A stretch of DNA of 36,248 nt from Fibrobacterales bacterium (GTDB lineage Bacteria; Fibrobacterota; Fibrobacteria; Fibrobacterales; JAOPTW01), in NCBI GenBank assembly GCA_051532055.1, contig JAOPTX010000092.1, positions 1-36,248 on the forward strand, given 5' to 3'. Positions 18,060 to 27,004 of the stretch are shown piece after piece (position 1 is the stretch's first letter; the number at the start of each line of letters is the position of its first letter). The translations under genes and the position numbers were made by a program. The notes beneath the pieces are model-generated. The model was not told where the DNA came from, ran no database searches, and was given only the letters and a program-made list of their open reading frames with translations.

Positions 18060-19187
18060 ATGTTTGGTAGTATTATTGTTGGACTTTTTTTGGGGAGTCT
18101 GTTTATTGGGTGTACAGCTTCGGATGATTTGAACGCATCGCGTGCGGGGGAGAGTAGTGATGTTGTTGATGAATCGAGTGAAAATGGTTCATCTGAGATG
18201 GCTGATAGCTACTCTTCTGAAGCTACAGAATCTTCGCTGGAGGAAGAAGAAAAAGAATCAAGCACAGAGGGGGTTTCATCGGTAGATCTTGTATCGAGCT
18301 CCACAGAGAGTAGTATCGCTGAATCCTCTTCATCGGTATCGATTGCACCACGCATTAGTTCATCCTCAGATGCTCTTTCGTCAGAAGAATCGAGCGTCAG
18401 TGGCGCTGAGCTCGAGGGATGGAATTTAGTTTGGTCTGATGAATTTAACTACGAAGGGCTCCCTAAGAGTGAATGGTGGAATTTTGATGCCATGGAGCCT
18501 GGTGCAAATAATGGTGAGTTACAGCGGTATGTTGAACCACGGCTTGATAATGCTCGGGTTGGCGATGGGTATCTTACCATAGAGGCGCGGAAAGAGAATT
18601 ATAAAAATGCAACGTATACTTCAGCACGACTACATACCTATGATAAAGTACAGTGGACCTATGGGCGCTATGAAATTAAAGCGATATTACCTACGGGACG
18701 TGGGGTTTGGCCCGCATTTTGGATGATGCCTTCTGATCCTTTTAAGAATGCAACTACCTGTACAATAGAGACAGGATGGATTGATGGCTGTGATGCATGG
18801 CCCGGTTGTGGAGAAATAGATATTATGGAATATGTTACCTATGACCCTAATGTGGTACATGCGAACCTCCATAATAAGCATTTTAATTTTATGAATGGCA
18901 ATAACCCTACAGGGAAACTGACTATTCCTGGTGCTGAAGCGGAGTATCATGTGTATGCTATGGAGTGGTTTGCAGAGTATATGGAGTTTTTTATTGATGA
19001 TCAGTTGGTAATGCGTTTTGATAATGACGGTACAGGGTGGGAGTCATGGCCATATGATGGCGACTTTTATTTGATTCTTAATATTGCGGTAGGAGGAGAT
19101 TGGGGAGCGGTGCAAGGCATAGATGAAACTATTGACTCATGGAAGCTTCAAATTGATTATGTTCGGGTGTATCAGAAAGCGGGGTAG
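18060..19187 (+). CDS. GH16 laminarinase-like lipoprotein with Ser/Glu-rich linker
   Basis: GGAGG RBS, lipobox FIGC, LVWSDEF, YTSARL, GVWPAFWMM, catalytic GEIDIME, LNIAVGGDW, IDYVRVYQ. Confidence 0.93.
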   Translation: MFGSIIVGLFLGSLFIGCTASDDLNASRAGESSDVVDESSENGSSEMADSYSSEATESSLEEEEKESSTEGVSSVDLVSSSTESSIAESSSSVSIAPRISSSSDALSSEESSVSGAELEGWNLVWSDEFNYEGLPKSEWWNFDAMEPGANNGELQRYVEPRLDNARVGDGYLTIEARKENYKNATYTSARLHTYDKVQWTYGRYEIKAILPTGRGVWPAFWMMPSDPFKNATTCTIETGWIDGCDAWPGCGEIDIMEYVTYDPNVVHANLHNKHFNFMNGNNPTGKLTIPGAEAEYHVYAMEWFAEYMEFFIDDQLVMRFDNDGTGWESWPYDGDFYLILNIAVGGDWGAVQGIDETIDSWKLQIDYVRVYQKAG

Positions 19188-19605
19188 GATTTACGATTTC
19201 TTTGTTTTCCTATTTCTCTTTATTATATGACTCCCAGGGGCCACCCTTGGATGCGGCCAGCTCTTTTTGACATCAAAAAGACTGGACAAAAAATGTTCTT
19301 GCAGAAAGCTACAGTATGGGGCTTTCATGTGATACCCAAGTTACACTGCTTTGTACATCGAATGGTTATTTGTGACTCCACTGAAGCATCTACCAAAAGA
19401 TCATCATGCACAGGACCTTTATAACACATCCTGTGCCAGAACTATTAATGCGAAGCACATTACACAATACATCTACATTGATCCCGATACCGAGAATCAC
19501 TATTCCTATCCCTTTCATTGTTGGAAGAAAAATTCCATTTTTCTGAGCCAATATGGGGATAGCTATGTGTTGCGGCTTTCTACAAGAGAAGCGCGAGATT
19601 CTTAA
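19188..19605 (+). pseudogene. Decayed REP-associated tyrosine transposase (Y1/RAYT) remnant, frameshifted
   Basis: LRFLCFPISLYYMTPRGH resembles the RAYT N-terminus LRIEFPGALYHVTSRGN; the next frame gives WLFVTPLKHLPK..LYNTSCARTINAKH, resembling HLLVETPxxNLSK..LNxSYxxYFNxKH. The HUH motif is lost. Similarity judged by eye. Confidence 0.5.
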
Positions 19606-19657
19606 GAGTACGCGCTTTGGCGTACTCTTAAGTTGGGGCTGGGGGTAAAGCCCCCGG
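19601..19657. repeat. Palindromic REP-like hairpins
   Basis: cttaagagtacgc-gctttg-gcgtactcttaag (13-bp stem, 19601-19632) followed by ggggct...agcccc. Confidence 0.6.
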
Positions 19658-19825
19658 GAGTTTAGATTAAAAGCAAAAAATTAAAATACCCTTTTATAAA
19701 ATTAAAAATGAAGGAGAGGCCAAAGAAAAGGATAGAATTTGCGTATAAGAAGCAAACAGAGCCCTAAAATAATTTACTACTATTGATAATACTCACCTAA
19801 AAAACAAAGAACTTTAAAGGCAGAA

Positions 19826-20290
19826 ATGAACATAGAACTCGTATCATACGGAAAACTCAACTCAAAATTTGCCATTGAAGAATTTGCAAAGTATGAAAAA
19901 CGGATGAAGCCGTTTGTCAGCTTTAAGGCAATTGAACTTAAAGAGTCTAAGCGCCCTGATCTTAAGCAAAAGCAAGAAGAGGATTTGCGGGAGTTTGAGA
20001 AAAAGGTGGGGGTAGGTGGTTATACGTTAATTGTACTCTCTGAGGAAGGTAAAAACCTTACGAGTGAGGGAATGGCGAAGCAGATTGAGAAATGGCAGTT
20101 ACGCGGTGATAAAAAGCTCGTTTTTTTGATAGGTGCAGCTTACGGTATTAGTGAAGAACTCAAAAAACGATCAGATTTCTTATTATCTCTGAGCCCTATG
20201 ACTTTTACCCATGATTATGCCCGTATAATCTTTATTGAGCAAATTTATCGTTGGTTTACGATATTGAAGGGACATCCTTATCATCATTAA
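19826..20290 (+). CDS. rlmH: 23S rRNA pseudouridine1915 N3-methyltransferase
   Basis: LSEEGKNLTSE, FLIGAAYG, LSLSPMTFTH..RIIFIEQIYR, GHPYHH. Confidence 0.95.
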   Translation: MNIELVSYGKLNSKFAIEEFAKYEKRMKPFVSFKAIELKESKRPDLKQKQEEDLREFEKKVGVGGYTLIVLSEEGKNLTSEGMAKQIEKWQLRGDKKLVFLIGAAYGISEELKKRSDFLLSLSPMTFTHDYARIIFIEQIYRWFTILKGHPYHH

Positions 20291-20365
20291 TTGTGTTTAA
20301 TGGGTAAGGATCACTTTAGAAATTTGTGATCTTTAATGATTATTTCTCTGAATTGAGTTTTTTAT

Positions 20366-20392
20366 TAAGTCCCATTTTTAACTATCCGATAT
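20366..20392 (+). promoter_or_regulatory. Sigma28 (FliA)-type promoter
   Basis: TAAG-N15-TCCGATAT versus consensus TAAA-N15-GCCGATAA, upstream of the FlgM-like ORF. Confidence 0.6.
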
Positions 20393-20448
20393 CTATTATA
20401 GGACGTCATATTTGGCGAAAATGCTCATTCACCTACGGAGAGCTACGG

Positions 20449-20628
20449 ATGGCACAAGTATCAAAATTTAAGCCCCAATCGGACAAGGGGACCGATGTCC
20501 GGTCTGATCGCGTCGCAGAGATCTCTCGTCAAATCAAAAATGGGACCTACTTTGATGTAGAAGAGGTCGACAAAGTAGCTTCTGGACTCGCAGAGATCTT
20601 TATGGAAGACTATTTTGACAATATCTAA
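20449..20628 (+). CDS. flgM: FlgM-like anti-sigma28 factor (59 aa)
   Basis: GGAG RBS, ATG 20449; DVRSDRVAEISRQIKNGTY..EVDKVA matches the FlgM C-terminal core. Confidence 0.65.
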   Translation: MAQVSKFKPQSDKGTDVRSDRVAEISRQIKNGTYFDVEEVDKVASGLAEIFMEDYFDNI

Positions 20629-20680
20629 TTAGTGCTTTCAAAAAACATCTATAAGTAAAAGCTCTTTTAGCCCATAAACT

Positions 20681-20935
20681 CTACTTCAAGGCGGCTTTAA
20701 TCTTCGCTTTGGTAGAATCAGTCAATCGCTCAGTTACTTCAACATCATCAAAGGCAGTTTTAACACTTTTTATGGTGAGAACTCTTTTAAGAAGGGTGAT
20801 ACTGGCACGAAAACGTCTACAATGAACACAGTAGATATTGTGGAGCCAGAGGCCTAAACGCTCTTTTTTGGTTAATGGGGTTTCAGTCTCTTTTGACATG
20901 AGATAGGTTGCTTGAGTACATTTCATCATCAACAT
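20681..20935 (-). CDS. Zinc-binding (zf-HC2/ZAS) anti-sigma factor
   Basis: MKCTQATYLMS...LWLHNIYCVHCRRF (C...H-x3-C-x2-C); abuts the sigma gene. Confidence 0.9.
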   Translation of the reverse strand: MLMMKCTQATYLMSKETETPLTKKERLGLWLHNIYCVHCRRFRASITLLKRVLTIKSVKTAFDDVEVTERLTDSTKAKIKAALK

Positions 20936-21514
20936 CTAAACCCCCTCCTTGTTCCAGACTGTTGAAAGGCATTCTCTTAATTGTAATCGCGAGCGATGTA
21001 GAATGACCCATAAGTTGGTCGCGGTGATATCGCAATCCTTACAAACAATATCAGAATCCATTTCGTCGATTTCTTTTAAAATAAAGGGAATTCTAAACTT
21101 TTCGGGGAGTTTCGTGATACAATCCCGGATCCACTGCCCCAATTGTTTATCATTCATCTCGCTTTCAGGAGTTTCATGCATATACCCTGGGCTCATTTTC
21201 CAATATCCATTGTCACCAAAAAAGTAGTCCATAATACCATCATTATCTGAACTCTTTTGAAGGTGAGATTCGGGAACTTCGCGTTTAGATTTTTTGTAGT
21301 GATCGTAAATTTTATGTTTGAGGATTCCAATCAACCAGGTTTTTTCAGAAGAATTGCCCGAGAATTTTTCCCACCCTTTGAGGGCCGCGATGTATGTCTC
21401 TTGCACGAGGTCTTCGGCGACGTCGACTTGACTGACGCGTGATCGTGCAAAATTAAAAAGGATGTCGCCATAATCGTCAACAAAACCTTTGACTATTTCT
21501 GATGGGGTGGGCAT
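20936..21514 (-). CDS. ECF sigma-70 factor (TIGR02943-like family)
   Basis: AEDLVQETYIAAL..FSGNSSEKTWLIGILKHKI, F.DNGYW, TNLWVILHRSRLQLRECL. Confidence 0.92.
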   Translation of the reverse strand: MPTPSEIVKGFVDDYGDILFNFARSRVSQVDVAEDLVQETYIAALKGWEKFSGNSSEKTWLIGILKHKIYDHYKKSKREVPESHLQKSSDNDGIMDYFFGDNGYWKMSPGYMHETPESEMNDKQLGQWIRDCITKLPEKFRIPFILKEIDEMDSDIVCKDCDITATNLWVILHRSRLQLRECLSTVWNKEGV

Positions 21515-21921
21515 GGGTATCCTTATCTTAAAGTCGTCATTGTTTGGTAAGTATAAAAATTAAAGGAGCCTAGAGTAGGGTTTTTAAGAACTTTACCTAC
21601 AGAGTATTGCTGGATTACAGAGGCGCTTCACCCGTATATTTCGAAGTTGAATAGTTGAGTGATTTTTTAACCAAGCTGCCTCACAAAATGTGAGCGCTAT
21701 TAGGAATGTCAATAATTCATAATATGACCATGGCTAGTAAAATAGGTATTATAAAGATACATCACTCATTGGAGATTACCATGAAACTGTCTGTGTACCT
21801 ACTGTTATCAGTTCTCTTCTGCTCTCAACTTGTGAGCAGAAATGTGAGCATTTAAGTCCTATCGCGAGCTATTCAGTCCCCTTTTAGTATTATTAGAGTA
21901 AACACTTCACTGGAGTATACC

Positions 21922-23382
21922 ATGCATTCACTATTGTACCTTGTTTTAATTGCATTTTTGAGCCTTATGGGCTGTAATGTTATTGTTGCTGACCCAAAAC
22001 CTACAGAGTCAACTATTGATTCTTCTGTTGAAATGGGTGATGTTTCGTCTAGTGAATCAGAAGGTATAACGGTAGATGACACGCGCTCTTCATCCTCTTA
22101 TGAATCTTCTGAAGAAGATGAAGTATTTTGCCTTGTAGATGGCGAATATTTAGAGGCTGGTGAAACACTGTATCGCGATGGGTGTGAGCCTGATGTATAT
22201 TGTTCGAAAAATGGCGACGCACTTGAAGCAACCGATAAGTGTATGCCTGAGCCATGCTCTGCTCGAAATAGTAAGACCTATTACGAAGGTGATTCTTATA
22301 GTGATGGATGTAATACACATCGCTGCATAAAAGGGGGCAAGTGGGTTTCAACTGAGAGAAATTGTCCTGAAATGTTTATCGAGTGTGACGATGTATGGGA
22401 ACCTGTGTGTAGTGTTAATGGTAATACTTATCCAAATGAGTGTGAAGCCAAGAGAAAGCTTGCTACTGTTTTTAAGAATGGTGAGTGCGCTCCGACAAAT
22501 GAGTGTATCGAGCTTTATGCGCCAGTCTGTGGAACCAATGGTAAAACCTATAGTACTCAGTGCGAGGCAGAAAATAATTTTATTAATGTTGCATATGGAG
22601 GTGAGTGTACAGAAGAGCCAAATGAGCCCAAAGAGCCAGTGGTGTGTACGAAAGAGGTAGCGCCGGTCTGTGGCTATGACAATGTTACCTACGACAATGC
22701 GTGTATTGCAGATAAAGAAGGGGCCTATATCAAAAATACTGGTGAATGTGGTGAAGCGTATGCATGTACCGCAATCTATGATCCGGTTTGTGGTGTTGAT
22801 GGTAAGACGTATGGAAGTAGCTGTTCAACTCTGGCACCAGTGTTACATAAAGGAGAATGTGAGGCTTCACTATCTTTTAAAGATGTAACGACTATCACGA
22901 TTAAAGAAATACAAATTACTCTACAAGAAATGCATATAGACTATCCGGAGCGCACTTCAACTCTTAATAAACAAAGTGTCAGTTTAATGTTGCCTGATGA
23001 TAGAATTATACGTATTGAAATACGATATGAATTTGATCATGGACAAAAAGAACTTGTTGCAATCTATGAAACCTTTCCACCTCATTGGAGTATTGAAAAA
23101 AAATATCAGAAAATAGATTTGGGAAGTGAGGGTTATGAAGCATTTCAGCAGGCGTATACCGATGAAGAAGAATTAACTCATTATATTCATGACTGTGATG
23201 AAAAAGGTAATTGTATACGATTATCACACACCCCTACCCACAATATATTTGTGAATTATGAGAATACTATAATCAGTGGGTATTATTATATGTCTATGGA
23301 TTATGGAACATTTATCAGTAAACCACTCAGTGTTTTAATCCAAGAATATAATAAGAATGTTAAGGAGCTTATTAACGAATAG
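21922..23382 (+). CDS. Lipoprotein with four Kazal-type protease-inhibitor domains and two pacifastin/VWC-like modules
   Basis: Lipobox LMGC, Ser/Glu linker, 4x C-x7-C-x5-TY-x3-C...GEC. Confidence 0.85.
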   Translation: MHSLLYLVLIAFLSLMGCNVIVADPKPTESTIDSSVEMGDVSSSESEGITVDDTRSSSSYESSEEDEVFCLVDGEYLEAGETLYRDGCEPDVYCSKNGDALEATDKCMPEPCSARNSKTYYEGDSYSDGCNTHRCIKGGKWVSTERNCPEMFIECDDVWEPVCSVNGNTYPNECEAKRKLATVFKNGECAPTNECIELYAPVCGTNGKTYSTQCEAENNFINVAYGGECTEEPNEPKEPVVCTKEVAPVCGYDNVTYDNACIADKEGAYIKNTGECGEAYACTAIYDPVCGVDGKTYGSSCSTLAPVLHKGECEASLSFKDVTTITIKEIQITLQEMHIDYPERTSTLNKQSVSLMLPDDRIIRIEIRYEFDHGQKELVAIYETFPPHWSIEKKYQKIDLGSEGYEAFQQAYTDEEELTHYIHDCDEKGNCIRLSHTPTHNIFVNYENTIISGYYYMSMDYGTFISKPLSVLIQEYNKNVKELINE

Positions 23383-23415
23383 GGAGATTTAAATTTCCTA
23401 TCGGTTTAAAGTCTA

Positions 23416-23461
23416 TTAAAAAAAGAAAAGCCAGTGTGATCACTGGCTTTTCTTTTTTTAA
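23416..23461. terminator. Bidirectional intrinsic terminator
   Basis: ttaaaaaaagaaaagccagtg-tgat-cactggcttttctttttttaa perfect inverted repeat between convergent genes. Confidence 0.85.
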
Positions 23462-23485
23462 GTTTGAACTAACTACCCATGAAAT

Positions 23486-24535
23486 CTAACAGCAGTTCCC
23501 ACCCTCTGAGTCTTCCTGACCAGCACTGCCAAAAGGCACATTGATGCCACAATCAGAAAATGCTCCATAGTGTGTATCCCATGTTCCAATAAATTCAAAG
23601 TACTCTTTAAAGCGCGTATCATGAATCATACGCCAAGTATTACCACAGACTGGGAAAACTTTACCTTTTTGAATGGCATGATGCCCGTCAAGGTGAAAAA
23701 CTTCTTCATGGTGTGGAATACCCCCTTTATAGATGACGGCTTGCCCATAATCTTCACATTGGCTCTCTAATTCTTCTATTTTAAAGAGTCTATAAGTAGC
23801 GGAATAAAAATTAATATGGCCAATGATATCTTTTATTGATTCATTGCTGATATCGAGAACACGATCTTTAACGAGTCGTGCATCTTTAAATCCTGTAGCC
23901 TGTGCGATATCGAGAAAGTCTTTCCAGTAGAGTGCACCACTGAGGCACTCTCCATAGAGAATAGGGTCTTCTTGTAGTGGTTTTGGCACTCTTCGGTCAC
24001 TATAGACATCAGAAAAGTAGATCTCTCCACCGGGCTTAAGAAGGTCAAATGCGTGTTTGAGGACTGATTTTTTATCAGGTGATAAATTTATCACACAGTT
24101 GGAGACAATAATATCGACACTGCCCGCAGGGATGTCAAGCTTATCGAGCTCTTCTATGTAGCCTTTTTTAAATTCAATATTAGGTGCCCCGTAGCCAAAT
24201 TTATCGGTATGGTAATCAATATGACGATTGGCGACTTCGAGTTGTTCATCAGTCATATCAACACCAATGACTTTTCCTTTTTCGCCGACTAATTTTGAGA
24301 GTACATAGCAATCTCGGCCTGACCCAGAACCAAGATCGAGAATGGTTTTCCCTGTAATAGATTCAGGGAGGATAATGCCACAACCATAGTATTTGCTCAT
24401 TACCTCATCGTGCAGTTCACTCAAAATATCTTTGAGATATCCAGGGATAGATTCTGCAGTACAGCAAGCATCGGTTTTTAAATCGTCTGAATTTTGTAAG
24501 ATTTTTCCATAATATTCTTGTACATCATTATGCAT
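23486..24535 (-). CDS. arsM: Arsenite S-adenosylmethionine methyltransferase (ArsM/AS3MT family)
   Basis: MHNDVQEYYG..DLKTDACC, YYGCG, LDLGSGSGRD, SNCVINL, YGECLSGALYW, PVCGNT, C-terminal CC. Start 24535 overlaps the upstream stop. Confidence 0.88.
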   Translation of the reverse strand: MHNDVQEYYGKILQNSDDLKTDACCTAESIPGYLKDILSELHDEVMSKYYGCGIILPESITGKTILDLGSGSGRDCYVLSKLVGEKGKVIGVDMTDEQLEVANRHIDYHTDKFGYGAPNIEFKKGYIEELDKLDIPAGSVDIIVSNCVINLSPDKKSVLKHAFDLLKPGGEIYFSDVYSDRRVPKPLQEDPILYGECLSGALYWKDFLDIAQATGFKDARLVKDRVLDISNESIKDIIGHINFYSATYRLFKIEELESQCEDYGQAVIYKGGIPHHEEVFHLDGHHAIQKGKVFPVCGNTWRMIHDTRFKEYFEFIGTWDTHYGAFSDCGINVPFGSAGQEDSEGGNCC

Positions 24536-25907
24536 TGTCTGCCTCATTATTCTGTTTAAATCGGTGGGTGTATGCATAGGCAAGTTTCTCGGCAGGGTAA
24601 CCTAAAGAGTATGCTATGCTGTAGAGTCTATTAAGGAGGGTAGTTTTAATCCATCCTTCATGTTCATATTTTCGTGGACTTACCCCAATACTTACTTTAA
24701 GCATAGTGTAGTTAAATTGTTTTTTTGCACGCTTCATAAGTGAAACCTCTTCAAAGAGGGGGATGCTTTCGAAGCCACCAAGGAAGTGAAAAAGGTCACT
24801 GCGCATAAAGATACCTTGATCACCATAAGGAATCGAAAAACGAACGCGGAGGTTGGTCCCCCAATTAAAAAACGTCCGTAAGGTACTTTGGAGGCCGGCG
24901 AGTCTAAATGAGAAACAGCCACTTTCACTACCGTGAGCAATGGCATTTTGAATGTGCGCAATACTGTTAGTAGGTAAAGAACTATCCGCATGCACAAACC
25001 AGAGTATGGCACCTGTTGCTTTTTGTGCGCCATAGTTGAGTTGTGTACCACGTCCTTTAGGGGAGGTAATATAGGTTGCCCCCGCTGCAGTGGCTAAGGA
25101 TTGACAGTCACTATTTTCTGCGCCATCAACGACGATGATCTCTTTGGGTTGGGGCGTGAGTTGACTCACTTGTGTGAGTAACGTGCCGAGGGCACTGTTG
25201 TCGTTGTATGTAGGGATAATTACTGAAAGGTCTATAAGCTCAGCTTTCACCGTATCGTATTGGGTGCGCATCCACCATAAAAAATCGGGAAAACGATTTC
25301 GTGTGGTCGGGTCATTGTGCAGGCGAAAGAGGTCTTCAATATGGTCAATGTCATAACAATGGGGGAGTGTCGTGTGGGAAATACCCAGGGTGTTAGAGAG
25401 TGAAATAATATCCTGATACATTTCGGCAGTACTCCAACGAATATCTGTCAGAACGGGCCAAGGGACGCGGGCCCCCATAAGGCTGACGCCCCCATCAATG
25501 GTAGGGATATACACTGTGTCGGAGTAATTGAGTTTTTTAGCAGCTTGTGCGAGTTGTTTTGAGCTCAGTATGGGAGAATCGGTGCCAATATAGATGATCC
25601 GTGAATGCCCGGTAGAGCGTAGATCGGAATCAATACCAGAGATACGTTCACCGAGCCCACCAGTGGGCTGAATAATTGTTTTGTAGGGGCCTAAATTGTC
25701 GTGGGACCACTCTTTATCTGCGCCATCGGTCAGTGCGATAATTATTCGTCCCTGCCACTCTTTGATGAGGGTTGCTGTTTGGGGAACCAATAGTGATGCA
25801 AGTTCAAAAGCTGCATCGGCACCAATCGTTTTGGCTAAACGCTGTTTACCTTGACCCAGTTTGGGCCGTTTACAAAAGACTACAAGTGTGGCCTTTTTGA
25901 TACTCAT
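24528..25907 (-). CDS. Fused arsenosugar-cluster glycosyltransferases: DUF2064/TIGR04282-like + GT2 TIGR04283-like
   Basis: N-half FCKRP..G.GKQRLA, LGERI, IGTDSP, DGG, WST, DIDHIEDL; C-half LSVIIPTYN, GRGTQLNYGA, FVHADS, PYGDQGIF, PLFEEV. ATG at 25907 overlaps the arsS stop (TAATG). Confidence 0.85.
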   Translation of the reverse strand: MSIKKATLVVFCKRPKLGQGKQRLAKTIGADAAFELASLLVPQTATLIKEWQGRIIIALTDGADKEWSHDNLGPYKTIIQPTGGLGERISGIDSDLRSTGHSRIIYIGTDSPILSSKQLAQAAKKLNYSDTVYIPTIDGGVSLMGARVPWPVLTDIRWSTAEMYQDIISLSNTLGISHTTLPHCYDIDHIEDLFRLHNDPTTRNRFPDFLWWMRTQYDTVKAELIDLSVIIPTYNDNSALGTLLTQVSQLTPQPKEIIVVDGAENSDCQSLATAAGATYITSPKGRGTQLNYGAQKATGAILWFVHADSSLPTNSIAHIQNAIAHGSESGCFSFRLAGLQSTLRTFFNWGTNLRVRFSIPYGDQGIFMRSDLFHFLGGFESIPLFEEVSLMKRAKKQFNYTMLKVSIGVSPRKYEHEGWIKTTLLNRLYSIAYSLGYPAEKLAYAYTHRFKQNNEADNA

Positions 25908-26860
25908 TACGCAATACTCCCTGAGCATGATGAACCACATCCAGCGGTACAGGCATAGCAGTGATCATCAGTAACAATCGACCGATCCATAAACTTTTGA
26001 TGATTATAGTCGGCTATATTTTGTGATCCACTCGTATCTGTTGGCATATTGAGGGCGAAGTTAAAATCACAGTCATACATGGTACCATCCCAACCAATAT
26101 TAATTTGATTGCGACACATAAGACCATCGAGTGTTGATGCATTAAAAGATTTTAAGAGAAGCTCACTGTACCCTTCGGCTTTACCCGAGCGTTCCAGGTC
26201 TTCTTTAAAACGGCCGATCATCATATTGGTAATGGTAAAGAGGTTATTAAAGTCTATGTCAAACTCATCCTTGAGTACTTTTTTATAATCGCGCTCAAGG
26301 GATTGTTGATCTCCAGGGAGTGAAGGGCCGCCAGGGTTAAAAACGAGGTCAAGTATGTGATCTTCGGTTCTGCCATACCCTGCATCATTTAATTTTTTGA
26401 GCACATCAATACTCTCTTCAAATACATGATTCCCTCGTTGCTTTTTAACATTTTCAGCAGTATAGCAGGGGAGAGATGCAACCAACTGAATGTTGTTCTC
26501 TTGATAAAAACTAATCATGTGTTTGAAGTCTTCTTGAGTAAGAATCGTTAAATTGGTCCGTACTTGTACCGCTACTCCTTTTTTAAGGAGTTCGAGACAA
26601 AACCATTCAAAATGTGGATTCATTTCGGGGGCACCACCGGTAATATCGGCAATTGATGGTTTCAAGTGATCGACTGCGTTTAAAATATGCTTCATAGTCT
26701 CTTGAGTCATGATCTCTCGACGCTTGGGAGAGGCCTCAACATGACAATGCCTGCACGAAAGGTTGCAGAGTAATCCAACGTTTACTTGAAGGATAGAACT
26801 ATTTAAGGGCTTAAGCCCTGCTAAAAGGTGTTTTGAGATTGTGCTGTTAAAGCTGACCAC
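25907..26860 (-). CDS. arsS: Arsenosugar biosynthesis radical SAM protein ArsS
   Basis: LQVNVGLLCNLSCRHCHVEASP, DITGGAPEMNP, RTNLT, ASLPCY, LMCR, YDCDFN, HCYACTAGCGSSC; AGGAG RBS + GTG. Confidence 0.93.
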   Translation of the reverse strand: MVSFNSTISKHLLAGLKPLNSSILQVNVGLLCNLSCRHCHVEASPKRREIMTQETMKHILNAVDHLKPSIADITGGAPEMNPHFEWFCLELLKKGVAVQVRTNLTILTQEDFKHMISFYQENNIQLVASLPCYTAENVKKQRGNHVFEESIDVLKKLNDAGYGRTEDHILDLVFNPGGPSLPGDQQSLERDYKKVLKDEFDIDFNNLFTITNMMIGRFKEDLERSGKAEGYSELLLKSFNASTLDGLMCRNQINIGWDGTMYDCDFNFALNMPTDTSGSQNIADYNHQKFMDRSIVTDDHCYACTAGCGSSCSGSIA

Positions 26861-26887
26861 ACGTACTCCTGTTGTTAATCATGCTGA

Positions 26888-26916
26888 TTAGTATCACTAT
26901 AGTCCAACATCTTACA
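26888..26916 (-). promoter_or_regulatory. Putative ECF promoter for arsS-GT-arsM
   Basis: TGTAAG-N17-TACTAA on the minus strand. Confidence 0.65.
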
Positions 26917-26944
26917 AATTATTTTGTTTTTTGTGGGGTATAAC

Positions 26945-26973
26945 TGTAAGCCGCTGAGGGATGTACATACTAA
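26945..26973 (+). promoter_or_regulatory. Putative ECF promoter for DUF3047-TVP38
   Basis: TGTAAG-N17-TACTAA on the plus strand. Confidence 0.65.
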
Positions 26974-27004
26974 TAGACATGTTTGTACGGGAGTTCCTTT
27001 CGTG

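Noticed and set aside
25907..26860. Selenocysteine-containing ArsS
   Set aside because: The C-terminal motif is all Cys (CTAGCGSSC) and the gene ends in TAA, with no in-frame TGA.
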